IMG/VR virus record: IMGVR_UViG_3300028195_000196 | Location: 1 to 38,506 of that record | Source of the DNA: a virus | Taxonomy: Duplodnaviria > Caudoviricetes | Direction: 5' to 3' (one strand) | DNA: 38,506 nt | In this document: positions 17,903-26,426 of the stretch, piece by piece | Layout: each line of letters starts with the position of its first letter | How positions within the stretch are numbered: the stretch's first letter is position 1 | Notes under the pieces: generated by a model | What the model was told of the DNA's origin: nothing | Database searches by the model: none | What the model saw: the letters and a program-made list of their open reading frames with translations, nothing else | Made by a program: the position numbers and the translations under genes

Positions 17903-18110
17903 TACAAATACTCACTCAATAAAATCAATATACTGGCTAGGAGGAATGTACTTTTGCAACTCTTGTCAGGATGAAGTATTAGAATGTGGAAACTGTAAGA
18001 AGTTTTTTTCAGAAACAGACTTTGGTCTTTGTGCAGATTGTTTTAGAGAAGCCATGCAAGAATCACCTGATAATGAACCTGCTCACCCTTCTGAATGGGA
18101 GGATGCTTAA
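17898..18110 (+). CDS. Zn-finger hypothetical protein (start ATG 17898)
   Basis: CNSC, CGNC, CADC; first gene after P4. Confidence 0.75.
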   Translation: MNTNTHSIKSIYWLGGMYFCNSCQDEVLECGNCKKFFSETDFGLCADCFREAMQESPDNEPAHPSEWEDA

Positions 18111-18209
18111 ATGACAAAGATACAAATGGACAAAATAATAGCCAACTGGGATAAGATGCCTCAGTGGGTAAGAGAATGGACAATGGATTTAATAAAGGAA
18201 AGTAAATGA
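18111..18209 (+). CDS. 32-aa hypothetical protein
   Basis: GGAGG upstream; MTKIQMDKIIANWDKMPQWVREWTMDLIKESK; ATGA overlap with next ORF. Confidence 0.6.
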   Translation: MTKIQMDKIIANWDKMPQWVREWTMDLIKESK

Positions 18210-18373
18210 AGGGATATATTTGTGAAAACTGTAAGAAACTTACTTTTGGAATATGCCCAGTATGTAAAGGGAAACTCATCTGTAAGATTGATGGGTGTAC
18301 GGAAAAAACATGGAGATTGTGGATATGTAAAAAGCACTATCAAGAAAGGAGTCAAAATGAAGAAAGACATTAA
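18206..18373 (+). CDS. 55-aa Cys-rich Zn-finger protein, not in the ORF track
   Basis: MKGYICENC..ICPVC..CKIDGC..CKKHY; AAGGA RBS. Confidence 0.7.
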   Translation: MKGYICENCKKLTFGICPVCKGKLICKIDGCTEKTWRLWICKKHYQERSQNEERH

Positions 18374-18476
18374 ACGTTTAAGATTAGCTATTTTTGCAAT
18401 AGTTGCATACTTAGTAATATCTAACCTAGCTATCGCTGCTAGTATCTACGGAATTAGCGAACAACTAGTAAAATAA
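18357..18476 (+). CDS. 39-aa single-TM membrane peptide (true start of track ORF 18222-18476)
   Basis: AAGGAG RBS before ATG 18357; hydrophobic helix. Confidence 0.65.
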   Translation: MKKDIKRLRLAIFAIVAYLVISNLAIAASIYGISEQLVK

Positions 18477-18486
18477 ATAAGGAAAT

Positions 18487-18825
18487 ATGAACAAACAATC
18501 AAAGATTGTAATAATAATCGCATCAGTAATAATTTTACTTATTCTCATGTTCTCAGGATCTGACGAAGCAAGTAAGAGTTCTTATACAAGCTCAGACTAC
18601 GAGCCTTTTTCTATGATCGAAGATAACGATATGAAAGAAGGATTTATAGAGGGATGTATGGAAGAAGATGCTATTTATTCAGAGTGTCTATGTCTTTATA
18701 AACATATCCTAAACGATATGGGTAAAGAAAGACTAATGGAAGCATCTATTGAATATGCTGAAACAAACATGATGGACGGAGACTTCATCGACTCAGCTAG
18801 TGAAGCAGAATACTGTTTTAATTAG
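18487..18825 (+). CDS. Membrane-anchored protein with Cys-bridged acidic domain
   Basis: N-terminal TM; FIEGC...ECLC. Confidence 0.7.
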   Translation: MNKQSKIVIIIASVIILLILMFSGSDEASKSSYTSSDYEPFSMIEDNDMKEGFIEGCMEEDAIYSECLCLYKHILNDMGKERLMEASIEYAETNMMDGDFIDSASEAEYCFN

Positions 18826-18833
18826 TATTTATT

Positions 18834-18873
18834 CTGCTCCTATGAGTTTTGCGGAAGATAAATGGGAGCGGAA
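18834..18873 (+). promoter_or_regulatory. Intergenic RNA hairpin upstream of the HTH gene
   Basis: TTCTGCTCCTAT...ATGGGAGCGGAA pairs with G-U wobbles. Confidence 0.5.
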
Positions 18874-18897
18874 CTAAGTATTAAATAGAAAGGAATA

Positions 18898-19122
18898 ATG
18901 AAAATAAAAGCTAAAGATCTTAAACAGATGATGGATAAGCTAAAGGAAAACTATGTCTTCTACAAAGAAGCTATAGAGTTAATGGAGAAAATCTATCAGT
19001 ACGACTCAGCTCGCAGCAAGCTATATCAGCTTACAAAGGCTGGAACTATAGAGAAGATAGAGCTTTACAACGTGCCAACTTTATATAACAAAAGTGATAT
19101 ATTGACAGTTGTAAACAAATAG
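18898..19122 (+). CDS. Small helix-turn-helix DNA-binding protein (excisionase/MerR-like), candidate regulator
   Basis: KEAIELM...SARSKLYQLTKAGTI...TLYNKSDI pattern. Confidence 0.6.
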   Translation: MKIKAKDLKQMMDKLKENYVFYKEAIELMEKIYQYDSARSKLYQLTKAGTIEKIELYNVPTLYNKSDILTVVNK

Positions 19123-19130
19123 TATACACT
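19102..19130 (+). promoter_or_regulatory. Sigma70 promoter P5 with operator-like TGTAAACA
   Basis: TTGACA-17-TACACT. Confidence 0.8.
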
Positions 19131-19152
19131 TGAGGAAGAAAGGGTAAAAGAA

Positions 19153-19503
19153 ATGAAAGATAGAATAGAAACAGTAAGAGTACAGGGTGGAGCAGAACAT
19201 CCAACATATGCAGGTGTTCTAGCTGAAGCACACAAAAAGGGTTTAAGGGGAATAGAAGTAACAATACTTCAGTTTCCAAAAGAAGATAACCAATGGATGT
19301 GTATCTGTTCAGCTACTGTAAGAATGGAAGAGATAGAAGGACAATATAAAATGTTCACAGAGATAGGAGACACATCCCCTAAGAACGTAAACAAGATGAT
19401 CGTACCTCACCTTATTAGAATGGCAGCTACTAGGGCAAAGGGAAGAGCATTGAGAGATGCAGTTAATATAGGTAAGACACTACGAGAGGAAATGTCAGAA
19501 TGA
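19153..19503 (+). CDS. Putative single-strand annealing recombinase (RecT/Rad52-like core)
   Basis: YAGVLAEAH, CSATV, IGD, RMAATRAKGRALR. Confidence 0.6.
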   Translation: MKDRIETVRVQGGAEHPTYAGVLAEAHKKGLRGIEVTILQFPKEDNQWMCICSATVRMEEIEGQYKMFTEIGDTSPKNVNKMIVPHLIRMAATRAKGRALRDAVNIGKTLREEMSE

Positions 19504-19763
19504 AAACAATAGTATGTAAATACGATATTGAGGATGGAAAACCATTTCGTGATGGAATTCGTCAAGGATGGCTTGAATTATCTAATGATGGAGATTATTA
19601 CTTTATAGAACTTTCTTTTAATGAAGCATTAGAAACAAATAAAAATTATGAGTTTAGTATTGATGATATTGAGTTTTTAAGAGATTTTTTTACAGAAGCT
19701 GTTATAAAAGCCAATAATTATGGAAAAGAAACAAATACAAAAAGATTAATTAAAAGTTATTAA
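19500..19763 (+). CDS. Hypothetical protein
   Basis: ATGA-coupled ORF, notably AT-rich. Confidence 0.6.
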   Translation: MKTIVCKYDIEDGKPFRDGIRQGWLELSNDGDYYFIELSFNEALETNKNYEFSIDDIEFLRDFFTEAVIKANNYGKETNTKRLIKSY

Positions 19764-19774
19764 AGGAAAAAACT

Positions 19775-20011
19775 ATGAAATATAAGAACAACGGAGCTAT
19801 TTGGATAAACAAAACCAAAACAGGACAACCATACTTCAGCTTTAGAGCTGAGAGAGATATTAAAGAGGGAGAAAAGTTTAACTTCTTTAAAAACGATAAA
19901 GGTGGTGTTGAAACCAGACCTGATTATAAATCTTACGAGAAGATTGAAGAAGAAACACAAGAGGTTAATAAGAACTTAGTACAAGACGTAACAGACAGCA
20001 TACCATTCTAA
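19775..20011 (+). CDS. Small ssDNA-binding protein (DUF736-like)
   Basis: GAIW..TKTGQPYFS, KN..RPDY, SSB-type acidic tail ending DSIPF. Confidence 0.7.
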   Translation: MKYKNNGAIWINKTKTGQPYFSFRAERDIKEGEKFNFFKNDKGGVETRPDYKSYEKIEEETQEVNKNLVQDVTDSIPF

Positions 20012-20394
20012 TGAACATAGATATTAACCGAGCCAAGCTCACTACCATCTCACAGGAGATTAACGAAACCCTTAAACAGGGACAACAAATGATTTTCTTA
20101 GGAAGAGGCTCAGTGACCGAAGCTCGGTTTAAAGACAACAATGACGGTACAGTTAATGCAACATACATAGTAAAGCCCGAACTGATAGACTTTAAGGTCT
20201 CAGGAGAGCAAAAAAGTATCGTTGATGACAACAAAGTTAGAGCTAAATCACGTTCTCAGGCTCTTAGACATAAAGCTTTCGTTATTGCACAGGAACTAGA
20301 AAAGAGTGATAAAGCTATATACAACTCAGCAATGGACGAAGCAGAGTCATATTTAGATAACTTACTAGATGAGGCATATGCTAGAACAGAATGA
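20011..20394 (+). CDS. Hypothetical protein
   Basis: TAATG-coupled ORF. Confidence 0.65.
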   Translation: MNIDINRAKLTTISQEINETLKQGQQMIFLGRGSVTEARFKDNNDGTVNATYIVKPELIDFKVSGEQKSIVDDNKVRAKSRSQALRHKAFVIAQELEKSDKAIYNSAMDEAESYLDNLLDEAYARTE

Positions 20395-20908
20395 CACCGT
20401 AACTATCACGATAACAAAGAAGATGAAGCTAGAGGCTTTATATCAAGAACAGAAGATAGTTGAACAAAAGAAGAAATCAAAGAAAACACTAACCCTTAAT
20501 AAGAGGATGCACTTCTACGGAGCATTAGGTGAGATTATAGTTAAAACATTCTTCGATATGCACGAGATACCAGGAGACTTTGCAGAATACTTCGATAAAC
20601 ACGTCTCAGGAGATGAGTACGACTTCAAGCACAGAGAACAAACAGTAGATGTTAAGACCTCACTTGGTAACTCTAACCTTAATGGTAGATGCTTTGTTAA
20701 CCACAGACAGAAGGACAAGAAAGTAGACTACTACTGTTTCGTTAAGATAGATAAGGAGAGACAAGAAGCTAACATCATGGGAGTTATCTCTTATGAACAG
20801 TTTTATCGTTATGCTAAATACTTCGATACTCCTAAGATGAAGTCACCAGCTTATGGTGTACTAACAGATTACTTAGAACCATTTAGAAAGTTTGTATATG
20901 GTATATAG
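20369..20908 (+). CDS. PD-(D/E)XK-like nuclease
   Basis: GALGE, YDF...VDVKT, DYYCFV motifs. Confidence 0.65.
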   Translation: MRHMLEQNDTVTITITKKMKLEALYQEQKIVEQKKKSKKTLTLNKRMHFYGALGEIIVKTFFDMHEIPGDFAEYFDKHVSGDEYDFKHREQTVDVKTSLGNSNLNGRCFVNHRQKDKKVDYYCFVKIDKERQEANIMGVISYEQFYRYAKYFDTPKMKSPAYGVLTDYLEPFRKFVYGI

Positions 20909-21377
20909 CAAAGACTCACAGACTAAGAAGAACATAAAGGAAAAGAAGGGCTGCATTAAGTGTAAGAAAACACGACTAATGAAGTTCTTTGAGAAACCTA
21001 CCTCAAGAGTATGTGATGATTGTAAGCGTAAAGCCAAGAGAGTTAAGAAACAAAGCTCCAAGAGCTATATCACCAAGAAGCTAGATGTTGTCTGGTCAAA
21101 GGATATTAAGATTAGAGCAGGGTTTAAATGTGAATATTGTGGTCAATCAGACAAGGCTCTCAACTCACACCATATATTCTCTCGCAGCAATAAGGCAGTA
21201 AGACATGACATGGATAATGGTATCTGTCTATGTGTAGGACATCACACTTTCTCTAGTAGATTCTCAGCACACAAAACACCCGCAGAGTTCATTGAATGGA
21301 TTAAGAACTATAGGGGTTTGGAGTGGTACAAGAGGCTCAGAGCAAAGGCTAAGATACTCAAGAAAACTAGTTATTGA
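20898..21377 (+). CDS. NinG/Rap-like HNH nuclease
   Basis: KKLDVVWS..IK.R..CEYCG..SHHIFSR..RHDMDNGICLCVGHH. Confidence 0.75.
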   Translation: MVYSKDSQTKKNIKEKKGCIKCKKTRLMKFFEKPTSRVCDDCKRKAKRVKKQSSKSYITKKLDVVWSKDIKIRAGFKCEYCGQSDKALNSHHIFSRSNKAVRHDMDNGICLCVGHHTFSSRFSAHKTPAEFIEWIKNYRGLEWYKRLRAKAKILKKTSY

Positions 21378-21402
21378 CAAGTGTGAATAGATATGTCATA
21401 TT
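21374..21402 (+). promoter_or_regulatory. Sigma70 promoter P6 with operator-like TGTGAATA; predicts a leaderless mRNA
   Basis: TTGACA-17-CATATT with TG-n extension; ATG at 21410. Confidence 0.65.
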
Positions 21403-21409
21403 TAAGTAT

Positions 21410-22003
21410 ATGAAAAAAGCTAAAAGCCGTCTAAAACGCACAGCACACAACAAGGGTAAACGTAGAGTCAGAAACTCTCTGACCAGAAGGGATACTTATG
21501 TTGATAGAGACAGATTCGCAGGATTCCATACACTACTTGTTTTTATTCTTGGCGGTCTTCTTACTAGTTTGGTCAGTTGTCATCGTTTCAACCCTACTGA
21601 GCTTAAGGGAACCAGTGAGACAGAATCTAGACAACCTACGTCCAACCCCAATCCAACTCCCGAACCTCAAATAGATATACTTTATTCAGGGAAAGTGAGT
21701 TACTACAGCCATGAAGGATGCTTAGGCTGCGGAGAAGAACAAAGAATGGGTAACGGAGAATACTTTGATGAGAACGCTATGACACTCGCAGTACCTTGTG
21801 AAGATATTATCTCAGGTAAGTATAAGTACGGAACAGAAGTAAGAGTAATAAACCAGGACAACTATATGCAAGAAGAAGCTACTATTACAGATTGTGGAGG
21901 ATTCTCCAAGTATAATAGGGTAGCTGACTTATCAAAAGGATTATACGAAGCCCTAGAGGCTAAGACAGACAAGACAGAAGTAGTAATATATACAAAGGAA
22001 TAA
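21410..22003 (+). CDS. Membrane-anchored RlpA-like double-psi beta-barrel protein (start ATG 21410)
   Basis: TM then GKVSYYS, MGNGEYFDENAMTLA, YGTEVRVIN, ITDCG, RVADLSKG. Confidence 0.75.
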   Translation: MKKAKSRLKRTAHNKGKRRVRNSLTRRDTYVDRDRFAGFHTLLVFILGGLLTSLVSCHRFNPTELKGTSETESRQPTSNPNPTPEPQIDILYSGKVSYYSHEGCLGCGEEQRMGNGEYFDENAMTLAVPCEDIISGKYKYGTEVRVINQDNYMQEEATITDCGGFSKYNRVADLSKGLYEALEAKTDKTEVVIYTKE

Positions 22004-22004
22004 T

Positions 22005-22148
22005 ATGGCAACTATCATATTGGCACTATTAACAATCTACGAGTTTTTCTACTTACTAGAGAACGGTGGAACACTATCATTTATCCTATTCTTAGGCTTT
22101 GTAGCTAACACAATCATAGCCTTCAAGGTAGAGAAAGACAGTTTCTGA
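22005..22148 (+). CDS. 47-aa two-TM membrane protein, not in the ORF track
   Basis: AAGGA RBS; MATIILALLTIYEFFYLLENGGTLSFILFLGFVANTIIAFKVEKDSF. Confidence 0.65.
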   Translation: MATIILALLTIYEFFYLLENGGTLSFILFLGFVANTIIAFKVEKDSF

Positions 22149-22195
22149 TAGACCTAAGACCACACGATAAATCAGTAGCTAATGAAGGAACAGAG

Positions 22196-22399
22196 ATGAA
22201 TGAGTATAAGTTCTGGTGCTTTGGATGCCACGATAACTTCTATAGGGAAGTACAACACATGAACGACTTTACTAATAAGTCAGGAACATGGAAGGGAGTA
22301 CAGTGTAAGTGTGGCTCTTGGGCTAAACACATAGGAGAGAGATCACCTGCATACAATAGAACTAACGAACCAGGAATAGAAAGCGGAAGGAAGAACTAA
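22196..22399 (+). CDS. Zn-ribbon hypothetical protein
   Basis: YKFWCFGC...CKCGS. Confidence 0.7.
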   Translation: MNEYKFWCFGCHDNFYREVQHMNDFTNKSGTWKGVQCKCGSWAKHIGERSPAYNRTNEPGIESGRKN

Positions 22400-22692
22400 T
22401 GAATAAAATAATGATTAAATCAGTGGGTGAAGAATGGAAACAAATATTTCTAGCAGGTATGGGTGAGATAGAAGATATTAAAATGGTAGATGAATCAGAT
22501 AAATCTTATGATGCAACTAAATATAGAGGCGGATTCTCTGAGAGTGATTTTAATAATAAGCCAATACACATAGATGATTTCACTGAGGACATGATGAATG
22601 ACTTAAGTAGTATTGGTATTGATGAGAGGATTGTAGAAACAATAGCAGTTAGTTTAGTTTGTGAGAAGGGATGGGTAAAAGACCTCGAGTAG
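22399..22692 (+). CDS. Hypothetical acidic protein
   Basis: TAATG-coupled ORF. Confidence 0.65.
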   Translation: MNKIMIKSVGEEWKQIFLAGMGEIEDIKMVDESDKSYDATKYRGGFSESDFNNKPIHIDDFTEDMMNDLSSIGIDERIVETIAVSLVCEKGWVKDLE

Positions 22693-22693
22693 A

Positions 22694-22723
22694 TTGACTA
22701 CTACCTAATAACAATGTTATAGT
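22694..22723 (+). promoter_or_regulatory. Promoter for the packaging operon
   Basis: TTGACT-18-TATAGT with TG-n extension. Confidence 0.55.
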
Positions 22724-22745
22724 GATATAACAGGAGAATATCAGG

Positions 22746-23030
22746 ATGCCATCATCAGACACACAATACCAAAAAGGACAAAGCGGAAACCCAAAGGGTA
22801 GACCTAAATCAGAGTGGACTTGGTCAGGAGTACTAAGAGCTGCTATGGAGAAGCAAGTAGGACCCAAGCAGATGAAAGAACTAGTATCCGATGCCTTAAT
22901 GGAAAAGGCTTTAACAGGAGATGTACAAGCAATCAAGGAAGTAGGTAATCGCATAGATGGTATGCCTAAACAAAAGACAGATATAACTTCAGGAGGAGAA
23001 CCACTAGAAGGTCTAATAAAGATTGAATGA
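22746..23030 (+). CDS. terS: Terminase small subunit (DUF5681-like)
   Basis: GQSGNPKGRPK, GDVQAIKE..RIDG; immediately upstream of TerL. Confidence 0.8.
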   Translation: MPSSDTQYQKGQSGNPKGRPKSEWTWSGVLRAAMEKQVGPKQMKELVSDALMEKALTGDVQAIKEVGNRIDGMPKQKTDITSGGEPLEGLIKIE

Positions 23031-24268
23031 CAATAAAGAGATCACCCTGGCAGAAGAAAGTCTGGGAGGATAACCATCGTTTCTTAGTAATAAACTGTGG
23101 GAGAAGATCAGGTAAGAGTACTATTGCATCTATTAAGATGCTTCATTTCGCAACAGAGAACGCTAAGAGTACAGTCTGGTATGTAGCACCTAACTACAAA
23201 CAGGCTAAAGCTATTATGTGGGCTATGCTCATGGATTTAATCCCTAAGAGGATAATCAAAAAGAAAAACGAGACTGAACTAACAATCGTACTTACCAACA
23301 ACTCAAAGATAATGTTAAAGGGTGCAGAAGATCCAGACTCCTTACGTGGTGTGAAGATAGACTTCTGTGTATTTGATGAGGCTGCTTTCTTTAGGAAGTG
23401 GGATGAGGTATGGAAAGTAATGCGTCCTACTCTAATGGATAGCACTGCTGATGTATGGTTCATCTCAACCCCTAATGGATTCAATCACTTCAAAGACATG
23501 GCAGATAAGGTAGACAAGGATTGGGCTTATCATCACTACACAACCTACGATAACCCACATATCCCTAGAGAAGAAATAGAACAGGCTAAGGAAGATTCAG
23601 ATGAAGACTCCTTTGCACAGGAAATGATGGGTGAGTTCAGGAAGATGTCAGGTCTTATCTACAAGACATTCAACCGTAAGCATCACATGGTAGAGATACC
23701 TAAGTTCGATACTAACTGGACATTCACTAGAGCATTAGACTTTGGATTCGCACACAAGACAGCTATTGGTTACTTTGCTATCAACTCTACTGGTACTGAG
23801 ATCTATATGTATGACGGTCTATACCAGAGTGGACTAACATCTACCGATATAGCAGAGGCAGTTAAGATTAAGGATGCAGGTAAGGTACTAAACAATCCTG
23901 TAGCAGACTCAGCTCAACCTATGCAGATAGAAGAACTAAGTAGACTAGGCGTACACTTCAATGCAGTAGAGAAGGGACCAGACTCTGTTAAGAACGGAAT
24001 CACTAAGGTCAGTGAGTTACTCAAGATACGACAAGATACTGGTAAACCTACACTTATGTTCAATAAGAATCTTACTTGGATTCAGGATGAGTTTGAGACC
24101 TATAGGTGGATGGAGACTAAATCTACTGGTGAAATAAAGGAAGTTCCCCTCAAAAAAGATGACGACGGAATGGATATGGTGAGGTATTTTGTCAGTTCTT
24201 ACAGACAAGAAAGACGGATATATCGGCAACCTTCACGCCCCCGCTTGACATATGGACGACCTAGATAA
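23027..24268 (+). CDS. terL: Terminase large subunit
   Basis: Walker A GRRSGKS, LRG, Walker B VFDEAA, ISTPNG, nuclease ALDFG and DDDGMD. Confidence 0.95.
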   Translation: MTIKRSPWQKKVWEDNHRFLVINCGRRSGKSTIASIKMLHFATENAKSTVWYVAPNYKQAKAIMWAMLMDLIPKRIIKKKNETELTIVLTNNSKIMLKGAEDPDSLRGVKIDFCVFDEAAFFRKWDEVWKVMRPTLMDSTADVWFISTPNGFNHFKDMADKVDKDWAYHHYTTYDNPHIPREEIEQAKEDSDEDSFAQEMMGEFRKMSGLIYKTFNRKHHMVEIPKFDTNWTFTRALDFGFAHKTAIGYFAINSTGTEIYMYDGLYQSGLTSTDIAEAVKIKDAGKVLNNPVADSAQPMQIEELSRLGVHFNAVEKGPDSVKNGITKVSELLKIRQDTGKPTLMFNKNLTWIQDEFETYRWMETKSTGEIKEVPLKKDDDGMDMVRYFVSSYRQERRIYRQPSRPRLTYGRPR

Positions 24269-24299
24269 TATTATTATTGTACCGAGCAAAGGTACAAAG

Positions 24300-26054
24300 A
24301 TGCCCAAAAAACAACGAAAAGTCAAAGCAGCTCAAAATGAAGCTCTTGCAAAAGATATTGTTAAAAAGTTTACCCATTCATTAACATGGAGACAACCATT
24401 CAAAGAGAAGTGGGATCGTTTCTATAAAATGTATCGTTCACACTTGGACGAAAAGGCTTATCCCTGGATGAGTAACTTATGGATTCCATATTCATTTTCC
24501 ACTATTGAAACTGTAGCACCAAGAATGGTAGCTAACAGACCACAGATTGATATCATGCCTCGTGAAGAGGGTGACATTGAGTACGCTAAGATCCAAGAGA
24601 AGTTGATTGACTTCCAATGGGAAAAGATGGAGATGGACGAGCTATTACCTGACGTTGTTAAACAAGCATTGATATACGGTACCTCAATCCTAAAGGTTTA
24701 TTGGAAGAGAGAAGAGAGAGAAGTATCAAAGAAAGTATTAATAGATGATAATAATCCTGATCTAGGTATTATTGAAGATTTAGATAATAGAGTTGTATAT
24801 GATGGTCCAGAGGTAGAGTTGGTAGATATGTACGACTTCTTCTGGGATCCAAGAGGAACAACCATTGAAGATTGTCGATGGGTTGCTCATAGAATGTATA
24901 GAACGATTGAACACTTAGAAGAACTACAAAAAGAAGGTGTCTATAAGAACATTAAGCACCTAAAGGGAACTACAGCTACATTCGATGATGACGAGAAGAG
25001 TGAAAGATATTCAACACTAGGTGTATCTATCCCAACAGAGATGGAACACATGGAAGCTGATAAGAACTTAGTTGAGCTTATTGAATACTGGGATGACGAG
25101 AATGTTGTAACAGTTGCTAATAGGAAGTATGTGATTCGTGAAGAGAAGAATCCTTACAACCATGCTATGAAACCTTTTGTAAAGGTAGTAGATCAGTCAG
25201 TTCCTAAAGAGTTCCTCGGTATCGGAGAACTAGAACCTATTGAAACACTACAGTACGAACTTAATGATAGACGTAACCAGAGAATGGATAACGTTACTCT
25301 CACACTCAATAGAATGTGGAAGATTAAGAACGGTGCTAATGTAGATGAGAATGAGCTAGTATCTGACGCTGGAGGAGTTGTACACACTGATGACATGAAT
25401 GGTGTAGACATACTTGCCATGCCAGATGTAACAGCCTCAAGTTACCAAGAAGAAACCCTTATTAAAGGAGATATTCAACAAACCACAGGAGTCTCAGACT
25501 TTACTCGTGGAGTAGGATCAGACGCACTCGCTAATGATACTGCTACAGGAATCTCACTTATACAGGAAGCAGGTAACGCTAGATTTAGACAGAAGATTAG
25601 AAACTTAGAAAACGCATTAGAGACACTCGGAAGCATGATCGTTGATCTGAACGCACAGTTCATTGACGAAGAGAAAGTGCTTCGTATCTCTGGAGACAGT
25701 GGTATCTCCTGGATGGAAATCAAGCCAGAAGATATGAGAAGTGATTTTGATGTGATGGTACAAAGTGGATCTACCCTCCCAAGCAATGAAGCTGTGGAGA
25801 AGAAGCAAGTGATGGAACTTTACCAGATCTTTGCTGGAGACCCAGAAGTGAACCAAACAGAACTCAAACGAAGAGTTCTGGAAGCATTTGGGGTTAAGAA
25901 CCTCGATAAGTTGCTTCCCCCTGCACAAGAAGTTGACCAATCAGGAGTACCAATGGGAGATCAAGGACTTGAACAAGCTCCAGGTGTTGTACCCGAAGGT
26001 CAACTTACCCAACAGGGTATATTACAAAGTGCCTTAGCACCTGAAAAGGTTTAA
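24300..26054 (+). CDS. Portal protein (podovirus type); start probably ATG 24300
   Basis: Follows TerL; ALIYGT, FFWDP, LQYELN, QTTGVS, DTATGIS motifs; candidate promoter at 24245-24274 overlaps the track start. Confidence 0.88.
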   Translation: MPKKQRKVKAAQNEALAKDIVKKFTHSLTWRQPFKEKWDRFYKMYRSHLDEKAYPWMSNLWIPYSFSTIETVAPRMVANRPQIDIMPREEGDIEYAKIQEKLIDFQWEKMEMDELLPDVVKQALIYGTSILKVYWKREEREVSKKVLIDDNNPDLGIIEDLDNRVVYDGPEVELVDMYDFFWDPRGTTIEDCRWVAHRMYRTIEHLEELQKEGVYKNIKHLKGTTATFDDDEKSERYSTLGVSIPTEMEHMEADKNLVELIEYWDDENVVTVANRKYVIREEKNPYNHAMKPFVKVVDQSVPKEFLGIGELEPIETLQYELNDRRNQRMDNVTLTLNRMWKIKNGANVDENELVSDAGGVVHTDDMNGVDILAMPDVTASSYQEETLIKGDIQQTTGVSDFTRGVGSDALANDTATGISLIQEAGNARFRQKIRNLENALETLGSMIVDLNAQFIDEEKVLRISGDSGISWMEIKPEDMRSDFDVMVQSGSTLPSNEAVEKKQVMELYQIFAGDPEVNQTELKRRVLEAFGVKNLDKLLPPAQEVDQSGVPMGDQGLEQAPGVVPEGQLTQQGILQSALAPEKV

Positions 26055-26056
26055 AT

Positions 26057-26329
26057 ATGCAAAGCCCACAAGAGGCTCGTGAGAAAAAGGCAGAACTAAT
26101 CAATAAGTCGCACATGATGCAAGACCTATTGGAAATGGAAGGCTTCACATATCTTATTGCAAGACTGGAGAAGCTGGCAGAAATGGCAAAGAAAGATGCA
26201 ATAGCATCTACAAGCTACGAAGACCTATGCTATAGACGTGGGATCATCGAAGGCTTAGACGCTCTTAAACGGGAGATCGACACGATCATCTCTCGAGGAA
26301 AAACCCAAGAGCATTTAACAAGTAAATAG
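26057..26329 (+). CDS. Small head-assembly hypothetical protein
   Basis: Conserved position between portal and scaffold; helical. Confidence 0.7.
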   Translation: MQSPQEAREKKAELINKSHMMQDLLEMEGFTYLIARLEKLAEMAKKDAIASTSYEDLCYRRGIIEGLDALKREIDTIISRGKTQEHLTSK

Positions 26330-26333
26330 ATAA

Positions 26334-26412
26334 GTGTGAGTTACTCAGAGTCGGGTGCTTAGTTACTAGACTGCTCGGTCGCAAATGTCGCCCGATTCTA
26401 AGTAGCTCATGC
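26334..26412 (+). promoter_or_regulatory. Long RNA hairpin in the scaffold leader
   Basis: 24-position stem 26334-26357/26389-26412 with five G-U pairs and one mismatch; 31-nt loop. Confidence 0.65.
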
Positions 26413-26426
26413 TAACAAGGAGGAAT

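Noticed and set aside
18222-18356. Track start of ORF 18222-18476
   Set aside because: This stretch is better explained by a Cys-rich ORF in another frame (18206-18373); the TM peptide has its own RBS at 18357
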